NCBI GenBank assembly: GCA_964035545.1
Contig: OZ037769.1
Location: 9,888,633 to 9,952,632 of the forward strand
Direction: 5' to 3'
Length of the DNA: 64,000 nucleotides
DNA from: Bugula neritina
Taxonomy: Eukaryota; Animalia; Bryozoa
The position numbers and the translations under genes are program-made. Below the pieces are notes generated by a model that saw nothing but the letters and a program-made list of their open reading frames with translations, ran no database searches and had not been told where the DNA came from. Of this stretch, positions 47,501 through 62,580 are shown one piece after another (position 1 is the first letter of the stretch; every line of letters starts with the position of its first letter).

Positions 47501-50500
47501 CTGAAAAGGCATGCTTCAATGTTTTCGAATTTTAAGTATCAAATTATATAGTTTATTTCTTATTACCTCTCGTCCTATTGCTAATGACCATTGTGGTAAA
47601 ATGATTCCATCACATTGTGATTGAGTCAATTTAGATGTTCTGTATAAATTTGTGCTAGACACCATAAAATGTGATTGGTACATTTAGTCCTCTAATTTGG
47701 GTGTTCATAAAATACACTGGTAGAGATAATAGATAGGGACAAAGTCAGAATGCATTGCTGAAATTTATGATGTATATTTAAGATATGCTACAGAAGTGGA
47801 TGTAGATTTTGTAAGAAAGTCTGTTCGAGCTATTGGCCGATGTGCTATAAAAGTGGACGTGGCAGCAGAGCGATGCGTCAGCACACTCTTGGATTTGATA
47901 CAGACAAAAGTGAATTATGTGGTTCAAGAGGCTATTGTTGTTATTAAGGTAATGTCTACTTGGGTCCTGGAGCCCAAGTATATTATGAAATATTATACTT
48001 TCTCTTCATTGTACATAGATTCAAATTGAAAGTATAGTTTAATGACGAGTTTTTAAAAACATTCGAAACAAAGCTAACCCTAGAGGTGTTTAATCATTTG
48101 TGACACCTGGTTCAAGCCCTTCTCGTCACCTCTGGAATTTCATGAAACGGCGATCTGTGACCTACGGACCAAGAAGTGTATATAGCTGTTATTATTGCAC
48201 ATTGAATTTATTTTCATCACTGTACAGGAAACTTTGTCATGATTGGTTATTTCAGGATATATTCAGGAAATATCCTAACAAATATGAATCAGTGATTGGC
48301 ACACTCTGTGAATGTCTTGATACTCTTGATGAGCCTGAGGCTAGAGCAAGTATTATCTGGATCATAGGAGAGTATGCAGAGCGAATTGACAATGCTGCTG
48401 AGTTATTAGAAGGTTTCCTTGACTCATTTCATGATGAGAACTCCCAGGTGCAAAATATACTGTATATGAGAGTAGTTATACTGTATATGAGAGTAGTTAT
48501 ACTGTATATGAGATTAGTTATACTGTATGAGAGTAGATATACTGTATATGAGAGTAGTTGTACTGTATATGAGAGTAGTTATACTGTATATGAGAGTAGT
48601 TATACTGTATATGAGAGTAGTTATACTGTATATGAGATTAGTTATACTGTATGAGAGTAGATATACTGTATATGAGAGTAGTTGTACTGTATATGAGAGT
48701 AGTTATACTGTATATGAGAGTAGTTATACTGTATATGAGATTAGTTATACTGTATATGAGAGTAGTTATACTGTGTATGAGAGTAGTTGTACTGTGTATG
48801 AGAGTAGATATACTGTATATGAGAGTAGTTGTACTGTATATGAGAGTAGATATACTGTATATGAGATTAGTTATACTGTATATGAGAATAGCTAAGCTAT
48901 ATATCATGCTGCATATTCTACTGTGTATATTATATTGTATATCACTTCTCTAGGTACAGCTACAGATACTGACGGCAATTGTCAAACTTTTCCTCACTAA
49001 ACCTGCAGACAACCAGGACTTGGTGCAACAGGTCCTCAGTATATCCACACAGGAGACTGAAAACCCAGATCTTAGAGATAGGGGTAAGTCTCAATTTTCG
49101 CAGTCCACATCGTCTGGTAGATTGTTTGAATCAGCAAAAGTAATATGTTTCTAATTTATATTAAAAACTTGAAACTTTTAATACATTGAAATATACAAGT
49201 AAAAATTCACTAGAACGTGGTCAAAAAGATAGTAGGGGTAACTGGGGCACAACGGCCATAGAGGTACAAAAAGCCCTCAAAATTGTGAGAAAACTTATCG
49301 ACTTAGAGTTGTGATTTTTTTTAATAAAAATGTATTGACATAATTATTCAGCCATTGTAGTTCCAACACATGGGGAGCATACATGTTGAAGAGGCGAGTC
49401 AAAAACTGTTTTTACCTACTTTTTGTAAATGTAAATTTAAAGCTTTATAACTTTTTACACTCAAAGGTAACAAGCCTAGATTTTACTGATATTGTTGCCA
49501 TTGCTTTTCTCTGCATTGCATAACTAGTATAACCGCAAACTCTAAATTAAGTTTTCCTTGAGCCACATTTATTTTCAACTTGGCCACCCGGGGCACAATG
49601 GGCCACCTGACCAGGGCACAATGGGCCACCTTATTGTTGCACCCTGATTACTGTTATTAGTTTGTTTGCCCAAAAAGTTAGTTGAAATGTTAATAAAATC
49701 TATAGATATAGCCATTTCTGACCTTTTTTGTAAAATATCAAAGATATCATGGTAAGACTACCGAACTACAAGGTGAAGCTCCCCTAATACATACATCTGG
49801 TGTGGTTATCGCTTTGCCATTTTATTCATCATAAAAACACTCAGCTGTTGCTACTAGTGGATAGTCACGATATTCAAAATACATTATATCATTGAGGGAA
49901 TATACATGTATTTGACTAAAATAAATTGCGATTTTCTCATTTCCTCCCCCTCCCCCTTCCGTACTCCAGTCACAAACCTCAGCTATGCACCTTCGCTACA
50001 GTTCATAGAAAAAAGTCTACACGGAGTTTTTCAACACATGTTACTAAAGTTTTTTCTGATAAAATTTCCTGTGAAGTGGAAATAGAAAAAACATTTTTAG
50101 TTCTAAACAATAATGATTATGGCACCATAGAAATGAGTGATGTGCATTTGATTTTGCCTCCCCCTGCTATCCGTGGTGGGACAAACTGTACAGCTAAAAC
50201 ATGATTTTTGCTGTAGACCTGAAAGTATATTTTTATTTATTTGTAATATTAAATAAATAAAGGTCAGATGCAACCAAACCAGCAAAGTCTCAATATATTT
50301 GTTGTGTCCCACCTAGTGGCCCATTGTACCCCGGTACCAGGGCACAATGGCCATTTTTTGTCATGAAAATTTCCTTATTCTGAAAGTTGTGATGGAGATA
50401 GAAACAACCAACTGATACCTACAATAGACAACTGATGTAGCATTTAGACTAGAGATTGTTGATCTAGTAATTTGAAAAACAGACGAATGATAACAAAAAG

Positions 50501-53500
50501 TTCAAAATCCGGCCGGTTATGCCCCCCCGTTACCCCTATCATTTTTTTACAAGCAAAAATCAACTTCAATATCTACTTTACACTACTTACCCATCTGTCT
50601 CGCATTTGCTCATCTGTCTCACACTTACTCATCTGTCTCACCCTTACCCATCTGTCTCACACTTACTCATCTGTTTCATACTTACTCATGTGCTTCCCTA
50701 TTTTGGGTTAGTATATACACTTGCTCCAAAAATTTGTTGTATATGAGGAAGACTAGTTTCAACAGTTTAAGACACTATTTTATAAAGAGTAGTTACTAAT
50801 GCTTTTTATGTATGTAAGTTTATTATTGATTAAATTGACCTTTGACCTGGCACAATTAGGTTACATCTACTGGAGGCTGCTATCCACAAGCCCCCAGGCT
50901 GCCAAAGAAGTTGTGTTGGCCGATAAACCACTGATTTCTGAGGAAACAGATTGTATCGAGCCTGCACTTCTTTCAGAGCTCATAAGTAACATAGGAACTC
51001 TAGCATCTGTCTACTACAAGCCAGTGTCTGCATTTATAGATGGAGCTTTGTATAGGCCAATTCACAGATCGCGAGCTGAGTAAGTTGGCTTCTCTTGTAC
51101 AAGCTAAAGGCTATACATACTGCCAAGTGGACAAACATATACTCTGATTTGTTATTTGTAATGATATCAGCTCAGCTGCAGTTTTATCTATTGAAGAGTT
51201 AAATGCTGATAGCATTAGTAGATATTATTTTGTCCCTCTCCTGGATATATTTGCTGAACATCTTATCTACATTTTACATCTACCTTATGCAAAAGATTAA
51301 TCACAATGTCTAATCAGGTTGCCCAACCTTCCGTGCATGCTATATATAAGTACTGATCAATAGTAAGGCACTTTACTGTTTTAATAATTTGGAAAAATTA
51401 AATTGTATTTACTATTAAATTTTGCATTTTTAATGCTAATAGAAATGCTGGAGACGAAGATCCAAGTACATCCATTGCACCTCCAACTCTTCCTTCAGCC
51501 AAGCCGTCAACTGGTGGAGGAGATCTTCTCATTGATGATTTGCTCAATCTTTCAATGCCATCCCCTACGCCTGCTGCCACCATTACATCACAAACACCTT
51601 CTAGCAGCATAGATCTGCTTAGTGGTGGCCTGAGTGACTTGGTAAGTCTGCTACTTACTTGGTAAGTCCACTGCTTACTTGGTAAGTCTACTAATTACTT
51701 GGTAAGTTTGCTACTTACGTGATAAGTTTAGTGGTATAGTTTAGGTATTTTACCCATTTCTCTGTAGCTTAATATATTTACGTGGTTGGGTTACTGTGAT
51801 GCTTGATCAGCTTTTCAATTACTTGATGAAATCATGGCAAGGTATCTTTTGTTGCTTTCAGTCTATTACTAAAGATTTAAATTGTTTTTTTTTGGTTATG
51901 CTATTTTGTTCATGTTTGTGGTATATGTGCGATTGTATTGTTCGATGCAGTTGGATACTGGCATATCATCCGCTCCAGTACAACCTTCAGCAGCTCCTAT
52001 TCCATCATCCTCCGGGCTACATGACTTGCTAGGATTTGACAGTAGCCTGAACACTGCATCACCATCTCTTCAAAGCTCTGCATTTCCTCAGCAGATGTCT
52101 GCGGCACAGCCCGCGGTCTCCTCACAGCAGGTTGGCTCTTAATTGTATTTATGCCATTAAAATCATAAGTAGTACATGTATACAAATGTTTAATTTTGTG
52201 GTTAGGGTTTGAAAGACATGCAAATAGTAACTTTACTGGCAAATGCAAAAAGGTCATTTTATTTTGTTCAGTACATTTCAGTACATTTTATAGTTTGTTC
52301 TGTTTGTTCTGTTTGTTTAGCAATTGCATATACATTGAAAATTTCATAAAATTAGTTTAAATGTAGTTGTTTTGTGCTAATTTTAGGTGTTTTTTATTAT
52401 TATTAATCCTGCTACTACTTTTATTAAATGCCAATACAATGATCATAATAAATGATAGTGAGATATGCTCTAAAATGATTATATATATAAATATTAAAAC
52501 GAAATTTCTGGGTGCTTGTACCTGTGTGTGTAGCATTTCACATATCATACCTCCTAAAGTTGACCTCAAGGCTATTAAATGGTAAACATATAAGCATGGA
52601 ATAGTTTTCACTATATAGATATAATTTCTCTAGGATTAATCTGATCAATCAGGATGAAATAGTTTTCTAAATTATTCTAGTGGGTCATAATTTTATAGTG
52701 TGAAACTGGGCCAAACAAGACTGCAGTGAGATATGCAGTTTTAAACATGCAGAATTTTGGTTTTTGTGTCATGCATACATTTACTAATACATATGTGTTC
52801 TAGATATGGCTGACTAAAGAAAAAGGTAAAGGTTTGACCATCTCTGGGTCATTCGCTCGAAGAGCTGGCAAGATCTACATGGACATGACACTAACAAACA
52901 ACACACTTCAGTCACTCTCTGCATTTGCTATTCAATTCAATAAGAACAGGTACACCATGTACTTATTCAATTATTCTACAATTTCACTTTGATATCTTCC
53001 TGTGAAATCAAACTTCTAGCCTAAATCTAAAGTTTGAAGCCAAGTATAGTGTCCATTACATGTTGTATTATTGACAGAATTAATTGATAATGCAAATTAT
53101 ATTATACGAAATGTACGCCAGCCTTGTTTAAAAATCTCAAACTTATATATCCAATGTGTTTTGAAAAGCTTAAAAAGCTTTATGTTCATTGATGTGTTTC
53201 TTCATAGATCTAATGTTTTTGTTTATTTCCCTTTTCTTGTTTTTCTTCTTTCATTGTTGTATCACCTATTTTAACTTTTACCTTATTAATGTTTGTTCTC
53301 GCTGAAGCAACTGCTGGTCATCAAACCTTCCTTAAATTCCCTCATTTGGAAACCTCTGGGAATGTTCTCATTGACATTTTTTTCTCGGGTCACTCCTGAG
53401 GATATGGCTCTTGTAAATCATTTATAAGGACAGTCCTTCTCTCTCTCTCTCCTAGTGGGCTTAATCTGCTTGAATTGTGCTCCATTGTTGTGGCCATTTC

Positions 53501-54416
53501 TATTGATATGTTTTGCCTTACTGTGCTGTGAAGTTTTGCACACTGATTTTAATAGTATCATATGCTATTTTGTTGCGTGTGATACTCACTTTTTAGTTAT
53601 TGATTGCTTTGTTCAACTACTTTTCTACTTCTTTGGTATATAAAGAGCTCTTTTAGTTTTAAAATCTGGTCATGCTTCGTTTCCTCTGACCAAGCACTAG
53701 CCATTGCTCGTAGGACATATGCTGCTAGATTTCAAAGGGTCTGCTGCCAACGGAAAACGATGCTATAATGCGTAGGTCATTGAGTTAAGTAATATAAATA
53801 TATTACTAAATTTAATGACATACATGGCTTAGTAATATTAGCAGGCTTGAAACCATTCTATTTCTCACTTATATCAAAGGTGAACCATAGGCATATCTCT
53901 ATTAAGCTCAATATTTTTCAATATTTTGAATCGGTGGTGCTAGCTTGAACTCAATTTCTGGAGTAAATATATTTCCCTGGTCCACAAAAGTCACAAATCT
54001 ATTTGTACAAAATGGTTGGCATTTGATAGAATTAAATGTTTATTCTAGTCCAATATGTTGTTATTATTAAGGATGTTTAATAAATATCATTTGCTGTAAG
54101 TTATATCAGCTTTAATAGCAATTGTTTTCCACAGCCAACATTTATTTATTTTGTAGTTTTGGACTTGTACCAGCATCACCATTAAAATTAAACCCTATTC
54201 CAGTCAATGCTACCATTACAACTAGTCTACCTCTTAACACCACCGGCACTGTACAAAAGATGAATCCCATTAATAACTTGCAGGTACATCTTAAGCAAAA
54301 GCTATCAATTATAAGTTTCTCGAATTGACTAAACATGTCCTGTGGTCCTAACAGCTGTTACAAACTACATGGGTGTTTTGTGTTCAAGAATAGTGTGTGT
54401 CCGAAAAATATGCTGT

Positions 54417-54479
<63 letters not shown>

Positions 54480-54532
54480 CACATATATATACACATGCAC
54501 ATATATATACACATATACATACACCTATATAT

Positions 54533-54595
<63 letters not shown>

Positions 54596-57124
54596 TACAC
54601 ATATATACACATATATACACACACACACACCACACGCACCACACGCACCACACGCACCACACACACACAATAGCAAATGATAATGACTGGTAGGGTAATA
54701 GCAGCAAGAGCTAGACAAAGCGTTATCTGCTGCTCTCAGTAAGTTTGAGAAACTTGAAACAGATCAGTGGCATTTCTGTGAAGTTTATAAAAACTGGTTA
54801 CTTTGACTCTGCTTGCACTAGCTACAGATAAATCAACTGGTTACTTCATAATTTTCAGTAACTGAAACTTTAAAGTATCTTCAATCTCATAGTTGAATAG
54901 CGTACTTTGTCACAGGTGAGAAAAGCAACACAGTCTTTTATAAATTCAAGCATCAGTAACTGTAATTCCGTACATCTTAGTTATAGAAAGACTGTCTGAA
55001 TACAATTTTTCTATAAATTTGAATTCTGCAAAGTCATGTGAAATCACCAGTAGTTGGTATTTTTCACAGGTAGCTATCAAGAACAATATAGACGTTCTGT
55101 ACTTTGCTACACTTGTGCCCATCCAAATGCTTTTCACTGAAGATGGATTGATGGAAAGAAAGGTTTACCTCAGCACGTGGAAAGACATCCCGGCACAAAA
55201 TGAAGCACAAATCTCAGTGTCTGGGGTGACCATGTCTCTAGGTGAGTGTTCAGTGTTGTGTGTTTGTCTGTAGGAGTGCATAGAGCAGTATTTCCACTGC
55301 ACCAATTAGTGAGGTTGTACAGAGTCGTCTTTTTAATATTGCATTAAAATTTAGTATAAGGTCTAGTTGTTTTTTCTGAAATTAGTTGATAGGCTCAAGC
55401 AACTGTTTGTAAAACTATTTCACTTCAAGTTAATAAACACATGCACTGTATTTCAAGCTGTTTCAAATCACTTATAAATGATTTGCTCTAGAATGGTGCA
55501 AGACTGTGCTGTAAATTTCTACTGTCTAAAGAAACATGTGTTTCTATAACCTCAACAAACCACTAATTTTCCAATAAACACCATTTATAAAATGTCATTA
55601 ATAACTGCAATATTCAAATTACATGAATTTCCCAAGTATCCATATTTGAGGTTATTGCAACAGCATAAAATCTAAAAAAATTTCTGAAGTTAAATTTGGA
55701 ATTGGATTGGAAAATACTGGAAATCAAACTTTCACAAAATTTAGGACAGGCTAATTGTTTCAAGTATACAAAGTAGAGTTAGACAACATACTACCAATCG
55801 AAGTTATGTTGAATATAATTGCTAGCTTTCTAACAAATAGCTACACATTCCGCAACACTATAATAGTAGCCGGTAAGTATTATAGAATATTTAGTTGATT
55901 AGGTCAATAAAAGATAAGGTGTGCATGTAAAAATTATAGAATTTTGTTTTCAACAATAATTTTCGAATTGTAATTTCGTGGGTCTGCTCAGCAGGAGTAT
56001 TCAAACTTTTAATAGTAATATTTTTTTCAACAGTTGCCCTTTCAAGTGTTGTAAAGTGAATTTATACTTTTTAGTCTACGTCTATGTCTACATCTCCTAT
56101 ACATCACTTTGCTCTCACCTATAACTGGTGTTGCAAAATTATTCATTTGACTTTCGCAACAATGGACTTCACAGTTTGAAATACAGTTTGTAGCAAGTTT
56201 ATTCGAATAAATACTTCATACTACGGCTGCAACCTGCAATATTAGCAACTATTTTACATGAGTATCAATTTTGCTATTATATAGATGTATTGCAAGAGAG
56301 GTTGAAAGACAACAATATCTTCACTGTGGCTAAACGAAGCGTTGATGGTCAGGATTTGCTATATCAATCAGTAAAATTAGCCAATGGCATTTGGTGCTTG
56401 ATTGAATTGACTCCGGACCTAGCTAATGCTTCCTTGCAGGTAATACTTGACTTTTTCGCTTTGGCTACCTGTAAAAACTTGTTCAAGCTTTATTTTTTAT
56501 CAAAATGGAGTGAGACTAAGTAAAATAATAATTTTGTATAAACTCATTACAGTAAGTGAATGGCTTGAAAGGTTGATTAAATTTAAGATCTAAATACACA
56601 AATGCTAATTGTTGTGGGTTCAAGTCAACATCCGGTACATGCAACTCAAATTCAAAATACTGTAAAAAAAGATTAAGGTCTACCTCCGTAGGGTGGATAC
56701 ATCACCATAATTTGTGAGTAACCATTTTGCTGATGTAATGAGGAATTTTTTGTATTGACCAGTATTGTTTTTTGTCAGAGCTTGAAACTCTGTAAAGCTG
56801 TGAAGTATTCACAAATAACTTTCTTGAAGATAATGTATTGCAAGCGTTGTGAAATAAAATTACTTAGCAAGGTACTAGAACAACTCTTGCATTGTATCAT
56901 AGGCTGCACTATTATTATTTACATGGTTTTTTTTATAGAAATAGAACTTGTTATTTTTGGACTTTAGAAATGTACTCTTCCCATCAGTAAGTGTAACAGT
57001 TTATCAAATTTATTAATCAGAATATTATTCCTATATGAATGTGTTTCAGGTATCCTTGAAAGCCAGAGTCACTGATATTTATCCTTCCATACAAAAAGCC
57101 TTCCAGTCACTTCTAGCAAACTAA
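41562..57124 (+). CDS. AP1B1: AP-1/AP-2 complex subunit beta (beta-adaptin), 19 coding exons, 947 aa: 41562-41598, 42322-42563, 43172-43285, 43571-43675, 44342-44493, 45534-45669, 46185-46339, 47315-47455, 47783-47948, 48256-48447, 48954-49083, 50860-51079, 51443-51641, 51951-52130, 52804-52949, 54157-54283, 55070-55241, 56285-56439, 57050-57124
   Basis: [14 protein letters not shown] start, [48 protein letters not shown], hinge, and appendage motifs ([25 protein letters not shown]). Junctions are GT-AG and in phase, total 2844 nt. Beta1 versus beta2 cannot be resolved; many invertebrates have one shared gene. Confidence 0.95.
48456..48891. repeat. 21-bp minisatellite filling intron 10 of beta-adaptin
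   Basis: ATACTGTATATGAGAGTAGTT, about 21 copies with variants. Confidence 0.95.
49235..50536. mobile_element. Non-autonomous TIR DNA transposon in intron 11
   Basis: Ends GGGGTAAC.GGGGCA.AAC / GTTATGCCCCCCCGTTACCCC flanked by TA; internal GGGCACAATGGGCCA repeats in both orientations. Confidence 0.75.
50584..50690. repeat. 20-bp tandem repeat
   Basis: CTTAC(C/T)CATCTGTCTCACA-like unit, about 5 copies. Confidence 0.8.
51639..51718 (+). repeat. 20-bp tandem repeat that copies the exon-13 splice donor
   Basis: TTG|GTAAGT occurs four times at 20-nt spacing. Confidence 0.85.
54418..54669. repeat. Compound (TA)n/(CA)n microsatellite
   Basis: Read directly from the sequence. Confidence 0.95.
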
Positions 57125-57590
57125 TGTATTAGTCTCAGTATTTTTATCAATCAATTATTCAAATCACTTCATGTTTATGGTAAATGGTGTATGTAATAAT
57201 GTAATTTCTTATAGCTATTTTCAACACTATATTTATTCTCTATGTATTTTAAAATGAAGTCATTGTTCCTATTAATGTTATTATTCCTTTTCAAATGAAA
57301 TGTTTTCATGCATACCTATTTCTGGTTTCAAATATACATTTTTATTTGATAGAATTTTACACAATTTCTGTATTCTCAAGAAATAAAATACAATATAAAA
57401 TAATTAAAAATTATTGAGAGACATTATTAAGTATTTTGATATTGAGATTAAAATTGTATTATGAACATTGTTGCTGCAATTAATGGGTTAAAATTTGTGT
57501 TTGGTATTTGTAAGTTTCCAATGCAAAAATTGGGATTATACTAAGAGTTGGTAGTTTCAAAAAAGTTTGGTGCCCTGTTGTGCTGTTTTC

Positions 57591-60500
57591 TTAGACTTCT
57601 CGGTTTTTCATCAGCAGATAAAACCCTGCCACTAATGCTCTATTGGTGTCACATGCAAGTGGTAAAGTAGGGTCACAGGTTTTTGTAGTCTCAGCCTTGT
57701 TTCCTGACATCTGACTTTTGTGATAATGCATGCTGTCTGTAAGCTTTGCTTGGTGCTTCAGTGTTGTGCTAGATAACATGTTGCCTGTTAGTTTAAGCAG
57801 CAGAGCATCATCTTTACTACTCTCTAAAAGGTTTGATAGCTGAAAATGAAGAGAATTTCTTTTGTCATCATGTGTTATTAAACAGACATCTGTGTCTTCA
57901 TTAGCTTCTGCATCTTCACTGCGAAGATTTGGTTTATACTTTCTTCTTTTCTCTAACAGTTTATCAATCATTGGATTTCGACTTTCATTTTTTAGCAAAC
58001 GAGATGTTTCTGTCATTATTTTTGTAAACCGTCTTTTTTCTGCGATGGCAAGATATCGAAGTTTTTGATCAGCTGGTACATTGCACATTTCTAATGGAGA
58101 GAGCCAGCTTGATTTATAAAAATTTTTATTGTTATTGAAACTAGGAACTTTTTTATTCTCAACCTCATCAGTTGCACTATTTTCAGTCATTCTACTATCT
58201 CCATTTATACATGTTCTCAACCCTATTCTGGGCTCACAACTCTTTGATCTTGGTTGTCTTTTTGCTGGGTCATTCAATAGTTCTTTGCTTTCAAAGAGCT
58301 GGGATGGAATGCACGTTTGAGGTCGTAATCTTTTACAAAAGGCAGTTCCGCTACTAATTGACGTGTTAAGATTATCTGATTTCCTTTCTTCTGAATCGCT
58401 TGAAGTAGCTACAAAAATTAATTTAACATGTTTATTTCACTTGAAATCTCTTAAACTTGGTTTGTTTGCAAATGCATTCACTAAGAACATTTGGATTAAA
58501 AGATATAGCTATCCACACCTTCAAAAAAGCAAAACTGAAAAAATGTTTTGTATTGCACATTATAATGCTGCGTCAATTTAATATATCGCAAGTTTGCTAG
58601 TACATACAGAATAGTTTTAGAAAGCTATTTCACAAATGTTGCTGATGTGATTTGAGTAACCTAAAGCACAAAAAGTTAATATATTATAGTAGTTTGTATA
58701 ATGATATGTACATACGCTATATGTATACACGAATATGCACGATAATACACATGTTCTTACGCTAGATGAGTTAGTGGGGGGCTTATTGAAGATAAAATAA
58801 AAAATGCACACAGTAATGCTTATAAAATATTTGGTAAGTAAATTCCACTCTTTAGGTAAGAGGTTATTTTTGTAAGAGCTAGGGTTTCTAGATATAAGGG
58901 TTATTTACTGTATAAACAGTTATGCACAAACAATTAAAAATAATTAGTAAAATTACTGCACAAACAAGTATGAAAATATTGCAGGTTGATTAATAAATTA
59001 TGACAACTGATGAATTAACATTCACACTAATAGTATAAAACCAAACTGATTTCACAACAATTTTGCTGTGAATATTCAAGTTAGATTATATGAAGCTTAA
59101 CATTTGCTGTACATTTCACCAGACTGCAGTTTCATTCTTCAATTATCAGCTGGTTGGTATAATTCTGCAAACTATATTAATTATCCTGTCAATTATTTCA
59201 ACCCAAAAAACCGCAAAATCAGCTTTACAATAAGCTTAAATTTAGGATTCCCTTCAAACACACTGATCATTACCCTGTCTGATAGATGTCATATTGCAAT
59301 GTGTGGGTGTGTGTGTGTGATTACTAAATTATGTTCCTCAATGCTACAAAATATCAAAGCAGAAAAGTGAGACTCATGTTTTAATATAAATCAAATATCT
59401 ATTCACTAATTATGAGGCTCCTGCTGTATCATGTTTATACAAATTATTTACTATAAAATATTTGACAGTAAAAAGTCTCAACTATACTAAGATTTACTGC
59501 GTAAGACGGCTTCACCAAAATTTCATCTGATTTGTTCAGTTTGAAAAGATTTTAAGCTCTAGTCAGAAATTTTCAGACTTTGATCTTTTACTCGTGCATG
59601 TTGAAACTAAATGTTTATAGTTTTTTTAAAAAGCGGTGAAATATAAAATTATTCAAGCTTGCTAATTCTAAATTACAATGACAAGGTCACAGGATAGTTC
59701 AAGGCAACCTTTTAGCTGCAACTGTCTTGCTGAGGTTTGCATTGTAATCATATAAGAATTCAGCACCAGTAAAATAAAATCTCACCTAATTGTGCTAGAG
59801 TCAAAATTTAAAAACTATGTTGTGGATCTTCTTTTTCCCCAGTGCAACTTTTTTGGAAATTTCAATTTTCATTTTTTTGCAAAGTTATACACAAAAAAAC
59901 TGCCCAATTTGGGCCAAATTGGCCTGAAAAGCTGACTTTTCAGTACCAGTAAAATATCTCAGCAGCAAAACATGATATCTGAATAAAAATTGCACTGCTG
60001 GAATCCTGAGATATTTCTTCAGTGCCATTTTTTTTCTTTTTCCAATAACTCTTCTAGATTGCCCATAAATTGGTGAGTTATACACTTAAAATGCTATGTT
60101 TTTTCATAGGTAATTAGCAGCGCGCAGCACTTCACGCTTCAATGAGCACGTAGGGATGAGAAGATATTGGCGCGTACATACTAACTACAGGCTTGCTACC
60201 TGGCAGGCTATAATGAATAGCTTGCTTTGTACTTTGTTTATGTAGCACCCATAATGGAATGTTGATAGATAACGCAGCCCTAATGAAGGTTGCTGCTTAT
60301 TGGTTGTAGTTTAATCCTAGGTTAAACAATTGCAAGTAGGCAGCACGCATGCCACCCGCAGAGCCATAATATTCAAGAACCTGAACTACGTTTTGAGAGA
60401 AATTTATAATATTCTTAGTGAGGATATCTTGTGGTTTTCCTGTATATGTAAGCCAATAATAATGCGTAAAACTTGTCAATGTACTGAGATATTAAAGAGA

Positions 60501-62498
60501 GGGAAAAAGTTTCTAAAAATTGCCCAGTATGTCTGCACAATTGGCCTTCACAAAAAAAATCCTGAACAAATATCTGTTAAACAATTTAAACAATTAAAAT
60601 TGGCTTGATTTTATTGGAAGCACAACTCTTGATTAGTTATTCATAACATATTTTTTAAAATATCACTTTCAATGTTTCAGCACTAGCTATGAAAACAAAT
60701 AAGTACACTGTAGTGCAGTAAAATGTGGCGTAGTTATACAGTTTAGTGCGTAGCACAGTTTAGTGTAGTACAGTTTAGTGTAGTACAGTTTAGTGTAGTA
60801 CAGTTTAGTGTAGTACAGTTTAGTGTAGTACAGTTTAGTGTAGTACAGTGTAGTGTAGTACAGTTTAGCGTAGTACAGTTTAGTGTAGTACAGTTTAGTG
60901 TAGTACAGTTTAGTGTAGTACAGTTTAGTGTAGTACAGTTTAGTGTGGTACAGTTTAGTGTAGTACAGTTTAGCGTAGTACAGTTTAGCGTAGTACAGTG
61001 TAGTGTAGTACAGTGTAGTGTAATACAGTTTAGTGTAGTACAGTTTAGTGTAGTACAGTTTAGTGTAGTACAGTTTAGCGTAGTACAGTTTAGCGTAGTA
61101 CAGTGTAGCGTAGTACAGTTTAGTGTAGTACAGTTTAGTGTAGTACAGTTTAGTGTAGTACAGTTTAGTGTAATACAGTTTAGTGTAGAACAGTTTAGTG
61201 TAGTACAGTGTAGTGTAGTACAGTATAGTGTATGTTTTTTTAATTTATTAACACTAGACTAGTGCTGCTCTTTTCCCTTTATCACAGTTTTAAACAATAA
61301 AGATAGATGTTATCATTCGAATTATATTATGCTGCTCTGCCTTCCAGGTTTTTTTAATGTATCTATTTGTGTTGTAGCACAGCCATAACTTATTTGCAGA
61401 CCTACATATATTTAGTTCCATCAAATTTAAATATAATTTGAACTTGAATATAAACTCATCGCTGGTAAATTAATTTTTTTAGACAAGTCAACTTGAAGTT
61501 TTTTTTGTGCAACTCTCATTTTTTTTTATTCATTTTGTTTAAAAGGCTAGATGCCCACCATTGTGAACTGGTTCATCTACTGTTAACTTGTAATACAGAA
61601 ATAACATGCGTTTGCCAAGGCGTGGTTTACTATGGTTTTGTTTTTGTTATTTTATATTTAAACACCATTGGAAAAAGGGAATGAAGTTTAAACTGGTTGC
61701 AAAGTGGGTTTTTTCAATTTGAGGTTACAAAGCTTGCACGCGTTGAATAAAGTTCTCAAATATTATCGAAGCTTCCTGTGGATGATTATGTAAAGCTTTA
61801 GAAGCACTACTCTTTTAGCATGAAATCAAGGCACCTTGAGTTATAAAAGAAACTCTTCATATGTAGATAATTATTATAATAAGCTACAATTATGCTAAAA
61901 CATGCAATTTACTGTAATGTTTTATTTACCTTTAGCAAGGTTCCCAATTTCAATGCTTTTTCCATCTTTATCCAATGGCCTGTAAAGTAAATATAGAACA
62001 AAATTATATTTGAAATCCTGTGTTTATAGCACTACTAGCATTTGGTTTAAATAATGATACGGAAGTTTTGAAACAAGGTGCTCCTTTGAAAACCCTAACA
62101 TAAATGGGGTCATATATTATCGTTTTAAAATTAGTTCTATCTCAATAATTTTATTTTCATTTTTAGTCGAAATATAATTTAAACTTCATGATAAAGTTTG
62201 TCTGGGGCAGCCATGGTCTAGGGGTTAGAGTGTTGGCTTTGTGAACACGAAGTCATGGGTTCGAACCCCAACAAAAGCCATTTGTGATGTTAGGAAAAGC
62301 ATCCAGTCATAATTGCTCCTGTGCCTCATCTTATAGACAAGTCCTTGTAGCCTGTTCTAACAAAAACTCGTTCTACTGGAGGTTTCTCACAGGGATAGCG
62401 ACTATAAACTTGAGTGAGAGTCTATAATGAAATTTGTCCTCGACAAATTGTTGTAATGATACCATATAAGTTTAACCTAAAAGGTTTTAAGAGTGTGT

Positions 62499-62580
<82 letters not shown>

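Noticed and set aside
48527-48953. Repetitive ORFs (MRVVILY..., YESSYTV...)
   Set aside because: Translations of the intronic 21-bp minisatellite.
54335-54718. YI/HT-rich ORFs; likewise 60945-61262 (VVQFS) and 6022-6344
   Set aside because: Artefacts of microsatellite, minisatellite or MITE repeats.
59095-59164. Possible extra exon of the minus-strand gene
   Set aside because: Good acceptor, but stop codons in all three phases.
62204-62280. Possible tRNA gene
   Set aside because: A and B boxes are present but the acceptor stem does not close and the sequence continues into a repeat body, so it is a SINE head.
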